Part shown: positions 13,379-27,456 of the stretch, one piece after another
How positions within the stretch are numbered: the first letter of the stretch is position 1
Layout: every line of letters begins with the position of its first letter
Origin: Podarcis tiliguerta
Lineage: Eukaryota
Length of the DNA stretch: 64,000 nt
NCBI GenBank assembly: GCA_965153285.1
Contig: OZ229112.1
Strand: one strand, 5' to 3'
The notes under the pieces: model-generated
Told to the model about the DNA's origin: nothing
Databases searched by the model: none
Seen by the model: the letters and a program-made list of their open reading frames with translations, nothing else
Translations under genes and position numbers: made by a program

Positions 13379-16300
13379 TATTAAAGATATTACTGCAGAG
13401 GACCCTTGGACTCCAGGCCCAGCAAAGTTAACACATCTGTGCAACAGTAGCAAATATGTTTCTGTTTTTGTTCCTTTTTGTTCCTATTTAGTTGTATTCA
13501 TGTCTTCCTTTGTTTAGTAATCTGAGGGCAATTTAACATGAGGCTCTCAGTTATTTTCCACCTCCTTAGCTTCAGTAAGGTCTGGCGACTCATCAGGTTG
13601 TTCGCCATAGCTTGTGGAATCCTTGGTTTGAAGCCACAAGTCTTAGATGTCACTGTACAGTGTAAATATGGACGAGAAAATCTTACATGGCATGAGTCAA
13701 TGTGGAAACTGCCTGCTTTGTCCTGGGATCTCCCTCTAACTTGTTCAGCTGGAAAATAAACCAATGCAATGGGGTGCACACAGTCCTGTTCAGCTGTGTC
13801 ATCATCACACAACATGTTCTGCTTTTATTGAAATGCTCTTCGTGTATCATTGCTGGTGGACAAGGTTGCTTACAATATGCTTTGGTTTTGCATGTACACT
13901 ATTAGGGTGTTGGAGTATAAAAGTATTCCTAAGGCTTAATTAGCTAATAAATTTATAGGTTAAACATAGGGGGGAAATATTGAGATTGTTGCGTGAGCAC
14001 TTAAGACATGCTGATGCTTTAGTTTAGAACCAGAAGTAGAAATGGGAGAATTTTTTCCTGTTTAGAGAAGCCCCTCAGATATTAATTTTCACAACTGATA
14101 GCTTGAAACACTCGATCACTTTGTGCAAAATTTTATAGGAAGAAAACGCTTGCCTATAATAGAATGTCGGCCAATACTATGTTAGAATAAATAAACCAGA
14201 ATTAGCACACACCCTTTGCTGGGCCTTAAAAGTTATTTGTTTATTTCATTACCTTGCCAATAATTATGCATTCTAGTCTTACTTAAACCAGAAAAAGAAA
14301 AGCTGCATAGAAGTTGTTTCCTCGTCCCATTTCCACTTATGGACAAACAAAGCTTGATCCCACCCCTGATAACAATTAAACCCATGTTTTGCCATAATGG
14401 TGGAATAGTATGAACTGGGAATTTATCACCTCAGGCATCACAGCAAGGGACATTACTAGTAAAAGCTCTTGGGATTTCCCCCCCTTCCCCCTTTTCGATT
14501 TTATAGATGTGTGACAAACTGAAAATGTCAGATTTGTGGATCTGGTCAATCTTGTGAGCCATGACAGTTGTGCCAGTCTGAAACAAAACATGACCAACAT
14601 TGTCTGTCATGGGAACTCCACAGCTGTTAATCGTGCTATTGTTAGAGAGTGTCACTACCATGTGTTTTGTTTTTTATTTGAAGGGAAGCCTAGAGCAATC
14701 TGTCTGCCACCAGAATCCTTTAAAACTTCCTGTTTTTCATGCTGCTCTTAAATGTATTTACTCTGAGTGTAAAAGTTTAGACCAGTCTTGCTAAAATGCC
14801 AAATAGCCACGTTTTCACTTTCCCCATAATAAACTTTTATTTCTGAACCATCTATTCTGCATAAATTAAAATATATATATTTAAAATATGATCTTTATTT
14901 TTTTAATAAAAAAATCTTCTGATCCTTTAAAATACAATAATATAAAGACTATTTTATATTAAAATTTATGACAACTTTTTTTTTTAAGTGCAGGGAGTAT
15001 CTATTGCTTGTCGATCCTGCATTTTGTTTCCTGTTAAAGTGCTTTCAAATTTTCATTCATGCTGATAATCTCATTTGTGGACTCAGAATGCTTCCTTATT
15101 CCCAAACACTTGGTGTTCTTTGTATTTGCATCCTTCTAAATTACATTAATGTATGTAAGTGAGCCTTTTTTGAAAACGGCACAGCAAATGGAAATAGTCA
15201 ATACCACAGTCAAAATTGCACGTTGTCTGGTTTTTCCAGCACTGGAGATGCTTCACACCAGGGCTTGAAGTATTTGAACCCTGCTGCTAATTGATTAATG
15301 TCTGATGCCATTGTTAGCTGCACCCAAACCCTTCAAAGACTATGTTTTCTTTGACCTAAATAAATGGTTCAACGCACTCATCCCAACAAAAAGGGAGTAG
15401 CTTATGGCCTTAAACCCATTTATGGTATCCAACTTGCTGAGTTATTTATTGATTAGCCCTCTTTAGTATATTGTTGGATTTAAGATGAACAAAGAGCTTG
15501 AGGCACTGGGAGTTAATACACTAGCCAGGTCAGATACTCGTGAAGCAGAAGCTGTTACTTGGTGCACTAGTGATGTAGTTAATATTTCAAAATACATTTA
15601 TCATGGTACTTCTCTGTTTAAGGTGTATAAGTGGAGCAAGTACATAATTTTCTAAGTTAGAAATGCAATTGTATTTCCCCCCCCCCCTCTTCTTTTCTGA
15701 TGTTGATACTGACACATCTTATCAGCACATGTGAGGAATGAGTTTAGAAAGGCCCATATCTAGAATGCCATTGCATAGTAAAACATGACTTAGTTGGAAG
15801 ATACTTAATGTTCTTAAATGTTTGGCTACATGTGGACTATATAATTAGATTTTCACTGAATGCCATGTTCATATATGTTTTAGATATAACCCACCCCCAA
15901 ACATTATGGCTTTATTTAATACTTAACATTTTCAATTTTCAGAAGTTCAGTTGTGTGTGTGGCCTCACTCTCCCTAACACAATTGTTAATTGTGCTAGGG
16001 GGGCATCCCTAAGGATTGGAACCATGATGTATGGGGAGAAGGAGTTAACCTTTCCACTCCCTCCCCAGTAGTCCCAGTGGAAATTGTATCCCCCTGAAGT
16101 CATTATAAGTCCTAGCAATAAAGTTTCCATTGACTCTGATGGAATCTTCCCTGGCAGGGCTTAAGGGAGGTTCAGTGTGTGTCTGTGTATTTTATTTCAA
16201 TCTGGACCACAGTGGGGAAAAGAGCTAATCTCTGTCCTGCAAGCAACACAGGCCCAATTCTGATTGCCTTGTCTTTCTGCTGCTTCTGTTGTTTATAGAG

Positions 16301-16420
16301 AGAGAAAGCTGAAACACGTTAAATATATTCATATCCATTGAGGCAAAAGCAAACTGGGCACTTCGGTTCACACTCTTAGCCATTATACCATACCAGTGTT
16401 TTTTTTTATAGATTCTATGT

Positions 16421-16557
16421 CAGGCCCAGGGAACTGGTAGCCCTCCAGCTGCTGCTGAACTACAACTCCCTTTGCTACCAGCCAGCATGACCAGTGGTCA
16501 GGAATGATAGGAGTTGTAGGTCAACAACATCTGGTGAGCCACAGGTTCTGAGCCCTG
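16421..16557. mobile_element. About 135-bp palindromic hAT-type MITE (aactacaactccc family)
   Basis: Fold-back arms ccag..gctgaactacaactcc / ggagttgtaggtcaacaacatctgg; same family at 22844, 23547, 44407, 45769. Confidence 0.75.
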
Positions 16558-17011
16558 TAACAAATACCCCATCACCAAGACTTTAATTACTTTTGTCATT
16601 GTGCTTTATGTTAGAAAGCTGGCTCAGTAAATACAGCTGCATTTTTCCATTAAAACAATTAAATTAGGGTGGCAATTTTGTTGTCTTCTACTTTGCATTT
16701 CAGGGTTTCTCCCATGGCTTTTTAAGGGAGGGAAAAAGATAATCATTCTACAATTCTGCAATCAGTTTGCTACTTGCCTGAAGAAACATAGTTATCTTTG
16801 AAGTGGGGCAGGCTGAAGGAAACCTTTAATATTAACAATTTAAGTTTCAAATTTACTGACCATGTGTAAAATGTAAGAGGCTACGTATTTTTGACAGTAT
16901 TGTCAAATGTTCTTATTTGTTGTTGTTTGTTTCATTTAATATATTTCACTTATATATACTTGCAAGTTTGAACTTTTCACAAATAAAATATGTGCTGAAT
17001 GTTTCTTACAG

Positions 17012-17093
17012 CGCATACAAGCTGCAATCTTAAAAGCATTCAATAATCCAACAACTAAAACTGCAGACGAAGAGACAAAAAGGAAAGTCAAAG
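17012..17093 (+). CDS. USP45: USP45 coding exon
   Basis: ttacag|CGC...AAAG|gtatt; RIQAAILKAFNNPTTKTADEETKRKVK; phase 0-1. Confidence 0.96.
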
Positions 17094-18296
17094 GTATTTA
17101 GCAAATGTGCCATTGTGTTAACTTGCACAGAGTCTGGTTTGAGTTTGCTTTTGCAAATGAATTGACTATGAAATATTGTATTCATGAATATATAATTTCA
17201 TTCAAATGAATCACACTGGAGGTTCCGTGTGGCTTTTTCAGGGCTTGTGCCTATTATTCTGGTGCCATCTAGTGCGCATGCAAAACACTCCCATAGATCA
17301 TTTTGTTTTACACTTGTAACTGATTCTCCGATCTAGCTATGATTCACATAGCTAGGTTGTCTTCTGTCTTTAGCCCTCTGTAAAAAATATATATGGAGAA
17401 GCTAGAATTTTAAGTGGGTCAGGAAGTCCTGCTCGCTGCCCTCTACTCAAGTATACATATTCTAATTAAGTTGAGGATTCAATTTGGGGAAGGCTAGAGG
17501 AGTAAGGAATGGAAACCCCCCCCCCCTTTTCTCAGCCCTTGGAGGGTGAGTCTAAGAATCTATTTCAAGGCAAATCACCACTTAGAAACTGTGGCATTAA
17601 GCTGTCCATAAATTACCCTGTAAGACAGAGATATAAGGCTGTAACCTTATACGGCCACATTCCACATTTTCTGGGAAGCAAGTTCAGGCAAAACCAGCAG
17701 GACTGCCTTAACAGCTGCATAAGTCAAAATATCAAAGCACACATACAAAAAACATGAGCTGGAATATATTTTTATCTATGAATTTAAAACACAAGCATTA
17801 TGATTTACGTATTTGCTTTTGATATCTTATTACAAGTTACTATGGAGTCTTGTTTTGGATACAAAAACCAAAAGTTCCTCTCACTGCCCTGCAAAGGAGT
17901 CTGCCTTAAACGTTACTTCTTTAATACTTAAGGCAGACTCAAGGAGGAAAAACATAGTGGGATCACTCTGAAGTGCTGTTGATGCTTTGTACAGTATAGC
18001 ATAATAAAATGTCCACTATGTAAGAGTATATAGATAGGTATAGTCATATTTTGCATTTTAATCCCTTGTTTTGAAATACATGCTGTTAGCTATCTGAAAC
18101 AGAAATCAAAACTAAATGTTTTATCACTCTCAAAAACTGTATTAAGTACTGATGAATGGAAACGTTTCTGTGTTGATAGTATTGCAGATGTTTACTTACA
18201 ATGCACTAATTGTTTTCAGAAGAAAATCCTAGAATGAATTGTTTTTAGAATGGATGTATGTGTTTCCTCCTTTAAAAAAGGGTAATGTTTTTGCAG

Positions 18297-18388
18297 CATA
18301 TGGAAGAGAGGGTGTGAAGATGAACTTCATAGATAGGATCTTTGTTGGTGAATTGACTAGCACTATCATGTGTGAGGAATGTGAAAAT
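18297..18388 (+). CDS. USP45: USP45 coding exon
   Basis: tttgcag|CA...AAT|gtagg; AYGREGVKMNFIDRIFVGELTSTIMCEECEN (CxxC); phase 1-0. Confidence 0.95.
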
Positions 18389-19223
18389 GTAGGTATTCTG
18401 GAATTTGATTTGTTAAAGTAAAAGATCACTTAATGATGTGAATGTACTGTGTTTTTTTGATTAACTTCTGTACTGTCTGTTTTATCAATGTATTGCAATA
18501 GTATATTAGAAAACAGATTATTTCAAAGTGCAACCCTTTAAATTTCACTTTCATATAGAGAAGGAAGTTTCATAAAAAACAACAACCCTGATCACCTGGA
18601 TAATTTTAGGTTGGAGATCTGAATTCTAATACTGTAATGAAAGTAAGATAAAAAAAACTAATTATGCATTAAGTATAACATATCCCTCTAGCTGCCATGT
18701 AGCTGCTTCCTTGCTTGAAGAAAAACTAGATGTTCTTCTCAACACTTCTGCAGGTTTGTCACATTATCATCAAAGACCTATAGGTCTTTGTGTGTGCTTA
18801 TACATGCTCTTCAGGAACTAAAAATGCCATCTGCAGAAAATACTAATATCCCAGAAGCTGTTAGTAGCACCAGTTATAAATGGGGGTGGGGGTTTTTTTT
18901 GGGTGGTGAGGTCTTTTGACAAAATTCTTTCAGTGCACCCTTTTCCCTAACTGGGCATACCTACTTCCTTGCTACTGTTTCCGCTACCTGTTCATTCCTC
19001 CCTCTGGATTGTTTCCACCAATTTCAAGAAAGAGTGTGTGTGTGTTGGGTGGGGGAGGTATGCGAGTCCTTCTTGCTTCTCTAATTTCCCTTTTGATTCA
19101 AGAGCAGTTAAATAGGAAGCAACAGGAGGGCCAAGGGATTCCAGGGATTGGCAGAGGGCCCCCGTTAGGCCATGGGCCTCCGTTGTTGCCCAACAATGCT
19201 GATCCCTGAGGCTGGCTCTGGGT

Positions 19224-19226
<3 letters not shown>

Positions 19227-19269
<43 letters not shown>

Positions 19270-19276
19270 GAGACAG
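19227..19276. repeat. (AGAC)n microsatellite
   Basis: Directly visible. Confidence 0.97.
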
Positions 19277-19518
19277 TTGTTCAGCAGCCTTATATAGTTT
19301 AGCAAATATGAGATATTCCCCAGTGTGGCAATTCCATTATAATTTTCAGTAGACTTGTTGTTTTATAATATCAATCTAAATACAGTACATCATTGAAAGA
19401 CTTAAATCTCTTATAGCCTTTAGCCCTGTCCCACAAACTTGTTCACACCACCCAGTTCCACTCCAGCATTACAAGGGACAATTTTAATCATTCCATGACG
19501 CTCCTCCTTTTTCTAGAG

Positions 19519-19875
19519 CAGGGCTGGCTAACCCTCAGTTTGGGGACCTGATCCAACTCCCCAAGCCAGTTTCTTTGCTCTTCAAGACCTCAGAATTTAC
19601 AGCTCTGGCCAAAAAAATAATTCTACACACTTCACAGTAGAGACAGCTCTGAGGTGAGCAGAGCCCAGCACCCCTATGGGAATCCAAATCTCCACCTTCT
19701 CAGTCATTAGCTCCAACATTTGAAATTAGCTGATCTGCATGGATTTTCTGAGGGGGGGGGGCTGTTTGCCCCTATGTGTGGAATGGCCACACTTATCACT
19801 GGCATGTGGACCCTGAAGGGTTGGTCAGTAGTGAATTTGGTCAGCTTTCAAGTAAAAAACAGTTAGCCACACCTG
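19519..19875. mobile_element. Degenerate non-autonomous hAT element
   Basis: TIR-like cagggctggctaac / gttagccacacctg; left flank ttctagag is a Charlie-type target. Confidence 0.55.
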
Positions 19876-21321
19876 TTTGGAGTATTATTATGCTGCACCA
19901 TCAAAAAGCAGTATAATAATTTATTCCTGAATAAGCCCTGCAGTCTGTGGCATCGAAGTGGTATATTGAGATGTTTACTCATGATGTTGTCTACTGGCAT
20001 AGTGATGATGCTGAACAGTTGCATAAATGGAAATACTGGAGCCAGATTTGCTACCTTGAAAGAGGGCAGTGTTCCTCACAATGTAGATCAGAATGTCCCT
20101 GGGGGGCAAATTGTTCTTAAATGTGGGATTTACCATCTTGCAACAACTGTGTGAACCATTTGTTCCCAAGATACCTCCTGGGGAAAACCACTGAGGGAAA
20201 TATATCCTTAAGACTTGCTGTACCAGGAAATTATCGAGTGTGATGCATGTTGAATACTTCATAAGCAAAATGTCAGAAAACATGTCATTGAGCCAAAGCC
20301 TTTGCAAGCAGCTAGATCCATGCATATGGCTAGGATTGGGGTGCCAGAAAGATTAACTGTTCTGTATCATTGTGGCCTCATCCTTGCAATCCTGCTCATG
20401 CTGGTGTCAGGCATGAGCTATCTACAGCCCTGGTAAACAAGTTTCCGACTCGTATTCCCTTGCCAGCATTGGCAGGGACTAGTCGCTGGAAACCGGTGCC
20501 CTGAACTGCAAACGTTGGCTTGCATTTTTGGACATGGAGAGTCCCTGTCCATAGGAAACAAGGCTAGAATCCTGCTGGCAGGCACCAAATTGATGCAGTT
20601 GTAGCTGGACTTGAAAAAATATTTCTTTCCCCCTCCCTCTCCTAGTATCTGGAAAGACTTCATCAGTGTCTCTCAAAGTTCAACTTTGAAAGAAACATGA
20701 CCCACCTTTAAATGTTAATGTGTGGGTTTCCAGTGGAGTCTCTAAGTGGGGCATTTTGCTGCCTCTGCTTATTAGTATAGGCCCATTGCCAGAGTTCTTG
20801 TGTTGCTGAAGCCTAAAGTAATGCTAGTGGTTAAGAGAAAGGGGAGCATGTTAAAGTCGGTGTAAAACAGCAAAAAACTAAACATGTTTAGATTTCTGTG
20901 CCTAAATTTAGCCTCTAATAATGTTCTTGATAGTATTGAAAGTAAGTTCTAAAAGACAAAATGTTCTGTTGCGAATGAAATCTATGCCTACCTCTAGATT
21001 TTGACAGTGTTCATACTTCTGTTTTGCTTTTTTTAAAAACAACAACAACACAACCAAAATGAAATCACAATCACTTTATTTCTAAAACAGTATTGTGAAG
21101 TTCTTCACTACATAAAGAAACCTTAATGTGTGTAATATTTTTGAATTAGGCAGATATTATTAATTATTATTGTTTATTAAATTTGTTTACCACTCTTCAT
21201 CTGAAGATCGCAGGGTAGTTCACAACATAATTTTGTTTATTTTTTATAGATATTGTTTATAGATTCTAATGCATGATGGAAACTCCACTTTGATATATCT
21301 CTTTTTTTACTTTCTTCTAAG

Positions 21322-21378
21322 ATTTCCACAGTAAAGGAACCTTTCATTGATCTTTCACTTCCTATAATAGAAGAGAGG
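21322..21378 (+). CDS. USP45: USP45 coding exon
   Basis: ttctaag|ATT...AGG|gtaag; ISTVKEPFIDLSLPIIEER; 57 nt. Confidence 0.95.
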
Positions 21379-22843
21379 GTAAGAAACAACTTCTTTAATA
21401 AATAGCTACAATTGCTACATTAGCATCATGCTGCTGTGTTTGCGGATCACTGACTGGATGTTGGAGCAGCCAAAACATTAGATTGCCAGGATTCAGTCTC
21501 TCCATACCCTACCTTAGATATTGGCACTGCCAAACTGAACTTGACCATCTGCACTGACCAAAGGGGTGACTATCATTTTTTTTTTTTAATCATGCTTGGA
21601 GCCTTTTTAATGTGTGTGGATTGCCCTTCCTGAATTGGGACTCTTATGTAAGATTAATAAATTCAAACACATTTATTATCTAGCCATTTCCCTTTGCCTG
21701 TATGATATACTAGTTTTATACCAGAAGCACACAACTGATCTTGTCTGATATAAAAGGTGAGCTGTATAAGCATTAACTTGATGTGTTACCATACTTGGCA
21801 AGTAGTTATTAGCATTTTCTCTGCTATGAATCAGTTATTCACAGTGAAAACCTGCAGTGTAACTGAAGTGTCTCATGGAAAGAGGTGTTTTCCTCATAGA
21901 TTAAAGTATAAGCACCCTCACAGTGTTTGGTATTTGAAGGGTGGACAGGTGGGGGAGAAGGAATCTGCTCAGCCACATTGGTTATATTTAAAATAAATGC
22001 CCTAAATTATTCAGTGTTGACCCATGAAGGGTGAACTTCTTCAGGCAATCAGGTATTTTTAACAAGTAGCATTATTGGGGATGGGTAAGAATCACTATTG
22101 TGGGAAAAGAGCTATTTCTGATGGATGCAGACCTCAGCTGGTTATCTAAGCCGCCTCACGACTTTGAAATGAGCAAATAAATGAAGTTTGTATTCTGTAC
22201 AGGCCCAGCCTTGTCAGATGTTTGAGTATGACCTGTAGAGTTGAAGTTGTTTTGCTTTTATGCATCATATGATCTCCTTAGGCCAGTGCTACTGATTTGG
22301 ACTGGATAGCCCATATGCATGTACAAATCTACCACATTTTTCTGTGAACTGAATTTTTTTTAAACAAGCATATGTGAGTACACACTTTCAGCTGTACTGT
22401 ATTACTTTAACCGGTCACCAATAGAAAAGAAAGGAAGGAAATGCCTTGAAGCATGCGGTACTTGGCCAGTCAATCAGGTGGAGGGGAAGTTTAAAACCCT
22501 GGGACCCTGCTATGTAAAATAGATTAGCAAACAGTATCTATCAACAGAGAAACCAGCATGTAATGACTATGGAAGGTGGAGTGAAGAAAGCTAGGTGAAG
22601 TTGGCTAAATCTCTACAGTCAGCTTGCAGGATCTTTTACTTGTGGGTTGTGTCTTTTTTGTGTGTGTCTCCTTTTTCAAGCAATTTTATACTTTTTATAC
22701 TTTTTTCTGGAGTTGGAAAGCTGGTCAATTTCCTACATGTTTGATCACTTGTATGTAATGAATATGTATGTGCAAATGCATGCCCTCCTTAATAAGGCAA
22801 TGATGTCACCATTTTGTAGGGAATACTTAGATTTCACACATTG

Positions 22844-22989
22844 CAGGGATGGAGAACTGGTGAACATCCCAACTGTTGCTGGACTCAAACTCTTCCCTTC
22901 TCTGACCATTTGCCATGCTGCTCGAAGCTGATGGGAGTTAAGAGTCCAACAACAGCTGGGGGAGAGGCATCACAAGTTCCCTAACCCTG
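22844..22989. mobile_element. Palindromic hAT-type MITE
   Basis: cagggatggagaac...ctgttgctggactc / gagtccaacaacag...gttccctaaccctg. Confidence 0.7.
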
Positions 22990-23303
22990 GTTTATTGAGC
23001 TTCTTCCCCTACTTCAGACAGCCTCCTAAGTCACCACTGATTTACAGCTCTCACACTGCAGCCATCCTAGGTAGTCAGCCTAATGGTGAGACAGACATTA
23101 GTTCTTCGTGAACTTCACAAAAAAGGGCTTTGAGAAATTTTAATCCTAAAAGCAGGGTATAAAATACCCAAATGAATTTATAATAGATGAATGTGCTCTG
23201 AAAATGCTCAGGGACTATTTGATTTCTGTTTGGAAACTCTGCAGCTGTTCATAGACACTTAGCTACAGTTGCCGGAACATTTGAGGGCAGGACCAGAGCT
23301 CAT

Positions 23304-23489
23304 GGAGAAGGGCTGCAGCTCTGTTAGCAGAGCGTCTGCTTTGCATGTAGAAGGTCCCAGGTTCAATCCCTACATCTACAGAGAAAACCCAGTTTGAAAA
23401 CCTGGAAAGTCACTGCTAGTTATTGTAGACAATACTGAGCAAGATGAAACAGTAACCTGACCGAGCATAAGGCAGCTTGCCGAGTTCCT
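23304..23489 (+). mobile_element. tRNA(Ala)-like squamate SINE (Squam3-like)
   Basis: gcagctc...agagcgtctgctttgcatgtagaaggtcccaggttcaatccc head; tgtagacaatactgagc...ataaggcagctt...gttcct tail. Confidence 0.75.
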
Positions 23490-23546
23490 GAAGGAGCAAC
23501 CCTGCCTAGATTGCAAGTGCTCAAGGCTTAGGACTCCCTCTTAGCC

Positions 23547-23671
23547 CAGCCTTCTGTAGCCTTGGGTGCCCAGATACAACCTCCATTATTCCCTTCAAAC
23601 ATGGCTGATGGTTGGGGTTGATGTGGGTTGTATACCAACAACAACTAGGGACCTGAGTTTGGAAAGGGCTG
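23547..23671. mobile_element. Degenerate palindromic hAT-type MITE
   Basis: cagccttct... / ...gaaagggctg ends; TSD-like tcttagcc / atttagcc. Confidence 0.55.
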
Positions 23672-24021
23672 ATTTAGCCCATTGTATTTGATTTTTAAAA
23701 GGAAAGCCTTGACCTATGCTACTCTCTCAAGTTTCTGGGAGCAGTAATTTTGTGAAGTTTCCTAGAAGATATATGTCTTTGTAATTATTAACACAATCTA
23801 ATTAAATTTTAAAACACATTAATATTATTTTACACAATATGATTAGGACTTGACCAGTAAACTAACCAGATATATATATTTAAAAGTGTCAAATGTCTAA
23901 TTTACCCTGTGCATATTGATATAAGCCAGCACTATCTTGTTTGGAAAAGGTAGGAGGGAAAGATATTTTTTTATATAGGAGAGTGTATGTTTTACCTTGA
24001 ATAACCACGTGTATTTTCCAG

Positions 24022-24165
24022 ATCTCAAAACCTGTTCCTTTTGGGAGGACAAGCAGAGGTAAACATATCCAAGAAGCAGATGCTGAGTACAACTGTTCTT
24101 CTGTTACTGCTCTGAATAATCAACAATCTAAATTGTCTAGAAAACATTTGTTAACAAAAGATAAG
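24022..24165 (+). CDS. USP45: USP45 coding exon
   Basis: ttttccag|ATC...AAG|gtaag; ISKPVPFGRTSRGKHIQEADAEYNCSSVTALNNQQSKLSRKHLLTKDK; 144 nt. Confidence 0.92.
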
Positions 24166-24420
24166 GTAAGAATGCAACAGCATTGCTGATCTGTAGTTCA
24201 ACTAGTTGTATAACAAATCACATTTTTATGGAAATTTGCAGTAGCTGCAAATTTGGTTTGAATAGGTCTCTTTTAATCTACAGCACTGTATTGCCAATTT
24301 TTTGATATATGTACACCTAATACTTCCGGGGCTCATGATGTGGTGTTAATACATTTTAAAGTAGTGTATTTATGAAACTTAAAAGTGTGTGATATATTCA
24401 CACCCACACCTATAAATATT

Positions 24421-24444
24421 GTGTGTGTGTGTGTGTGTGTGTGT
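24421..24444. repeat. (GT)12 microsatellite
   Basis: Directly visible. Confidence 0.97.
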
Positions 24445-27400
24445 GAGTCTGTTGGTGATTTTTTTAAAAAAATGATGGGTTTAAAAATGATCTTTCTTTC
24501 TTAAAATAAAATAAAAAGCTACTTTTCAAATTCATTCTCCACACTCTGTGCCCTCCTCCCTGCTTTCCTCTAGTGTTGTCCAAGTTTGCTTCTGGCTGCA
24601 ATTGCAAGCAGTGCAGGGCTGGCCAAGAGAGCAGACAAGTCAGCCTTCGTGCCATTTGGTGGATCAGTTGGCAGGGTGTACTATATGAGAAGTGCAGCCA
24701 ACACAGTCTCCCAGGAGACTTGGAACATGGCTTCCATGATGTGCTCAGCCTCCAGTGGCCCAAGGGCCTATGAACCATAGTTCAGCCTCTTAACATGGTT
24801 CTTCCTGATGGTGGCACAGCATGCTGCAGATATGATGTGCTAATACAATGTGAGATGCTGATATTTTTTGCTGCAAATATTCTACTGTACATTATTTTAC
24901 AAGGAAAGCTTTTATGTTTAGATCATTTATTGAAAATAGAATACTTCAGACCATTTTTCATTTAAAATTGTAACCTATATCCTTCAGCATTTGACAGATG
25001 AAAAAATGTTTTGCTTAACAGCTGAGTGGTGAGCATGAGGCCTCTAAGGCAGTCTGGCAGAATTTCCCATCTCCTAGTCATTCTTTTAATCCACTGACTT
25101 TAAAAATACTATTGCTGAAAATCTAAAAACCTACTTATTTCTCTTTGGATGGCATTAAGGTTTCAATGGCTATTTATGCTTTTTATTTTTCCATTCCCTT
25201 CTATTATTGTGTTCTCTCCCTTTCCCCCCTCCGTCTCTCCCTCCCTCCCCCACCACTACCATACACACACAAATGCTATGATTTTTATGTTTGTTGTCTG
25301 TTTCAGATTTTGATACATTTGCTCTTAGCACAAAATCTTCTACTTGGCATCTCTTTGTATGCAGTCAAGCAAATTTGTAGAAACTCTCCCCCTCTTTTTT
25401 TAGTGGAGTCTGGAATTAGGAGATGCTTTTTTTATTTTTCCAGTCTCAGAAGCTGAACCACAAGGCTTCCTTCAAACATTCTACCACTTGTGTAGTGGCA
25501 AAGCTCACTAAAAGAATTGTGGCGAGACCATCAGTCCACAGTCTGCCCCTGCTATGTTTTAATCTTTGGGAGAAAAAAATCCATATTGATTCAGAGGTAG
25601 CAGTGAGAAATTGAGGCCATGTACAATGCATGGAGAATAATAGTTGTTCTGTGTTCCCTTCCCCCCTTCTTATTTTTAAAAGGCAAGACAAGTGGGAATG
25701 CTCGGACTGTATGTGGAGGAATCCAGAGCTAGCAATACAGGGAACTGAATTTCAGGGGTTATTTGGGAAATCCTTCAATGGGAATCAAATAATTGTAAAC
25801 ACTATGAGTTTCGCCCCACCCCCCAATAGTTTGCCTGTGGGAAAGCAGTCAGTTTCAACTTTCATGCAAGTCTGTTTTGTGCAGTCTCAGGCATGGGAAG
25901 GGGTGATCAAGAATGTCATCAGCAGTATCAGTAAGTCACTGACAAGTGCTTCTTTTTGGTACTTTGAGGCAAGATACTGCATGAGATGGCCCTCCACCTT
26001 GCTGTTGTTTCTCACTTGCTTACCTCTCCCACTGGCCCAGTCCTCTAAGATAATCAGTGAGGCATGCTGGGTTTCTGCTCCTTCTCCTTGCTTGTTCCTT
26101 TCAAGAGGGCGGATAAACAAGCAGCAGCAGCAGTGAGGATGAGTATATCAGGATCAGGAGCCTGCAGGTATTGGTAGTGGGTTCCCTACTCTGGGGTATG
26201 GGCTTGGACTCTTCCTGAAATGATTATGGCCTGTTGGTGGCCCATGAAACTTGCTCAACCACACTCCTGGCAGAATTTTCAGTCCAAAGACCTTGCTTGC
26301 TGGGAGAAGAGCAACATAGGCTGTGATTTGAGCACTAGGAAAATGTGATGCAGCCAATACAAGTGCTTCTGTAAGGAAGGGTATTTTGGATCCCATGCAA
26401 CTAAAATGCAATTACCTTCCTCCTGATTGTTTAGGAAGGCTTTAAGAGTATAAGCTTTGAGCCATAGAAATTAATGGAAGCCGTTCCCATTTTTAGATGA
26501 GTGACTTGCCCATAATAATACAGCAAGTTGGGAAAATTCTAATAGGGCCTAGAGGCTGATTAATTTTAGAATTCAAAGTCTGAATTAAAATAAAGAGAAA
26601 TACATCTGAGGAGGAGTGTGTAAATGACCTAAAGAGGTCTTTACACTCTATAGTTAAATGGTTCACTTTTCATTTAGAAAGTTACTTGTTGCTAGTTGAA
26701 AGCTTTCTTGGTCCCCTTGGTCATATAAACATAAACTTGTATGTGTGCCTGGTTGAATTCAGTGGACTTTAGTTCCAGCTGAGGTAATTTAGGACTATCA
26801 CCTAAGGGATATTTACCGTCTTTATATTTACTAGAAAATTTATTTTGAGATAGGGCACTGCCAATTCCAAACACCATGTGTTGGGAACCTCTTTCCTTAG
26901 CCAAGGATGACAGAAAGCCCAGATATATCTGAATATCCAAGGGCATTTGGAAAAAAACCAACACTTCATTGGAAAGCAGGCTTTTAAATCCTTTTTGCTG
27001 AGCCCAATGCTGCTTTTGTTAATCAAAGTTAAACTTTGCAGTGTTGATAAATGTATAATAGTGTTCATATAGTTCTCAAAATGGATTTTTAAACACTTTC
27101 AGTTTTACTTAAGTTGTACACGTTCATTTTTATTATGCTTTCATATCCCACTTACTGCTCAAACCAGCCAAAATAGCTTTATGTTAAGAGTAATCCATCC
27201 ATGAAATATTGTAGAATTGGAGTCATGAGAGGAATGAGCTGCCACTGTTTTTTCTTTATTTATTGCAGAAGTTTTACAAGCCCTTAAGATAAATTGATTT
27301 TGAAAGCGTAAGAGATTTTATTACAGATTGAATCTAAGTTTGAATTGCATGGAATCAAAAAATGAATTTAAGCTTTAAGTTTGGTTAGTAATTAAATATT

Positions 27401-27456
27401 TTTGTTTGCAATACTAAATTAATGCATTAAATTTAAGATATCCTAGGCACTACCTA

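Noticed and set aside
25630-26136. 168-aa intronic ORF
   Set aside because: No homology to USP45 or known families; the USP45 exon chain is complete without it.
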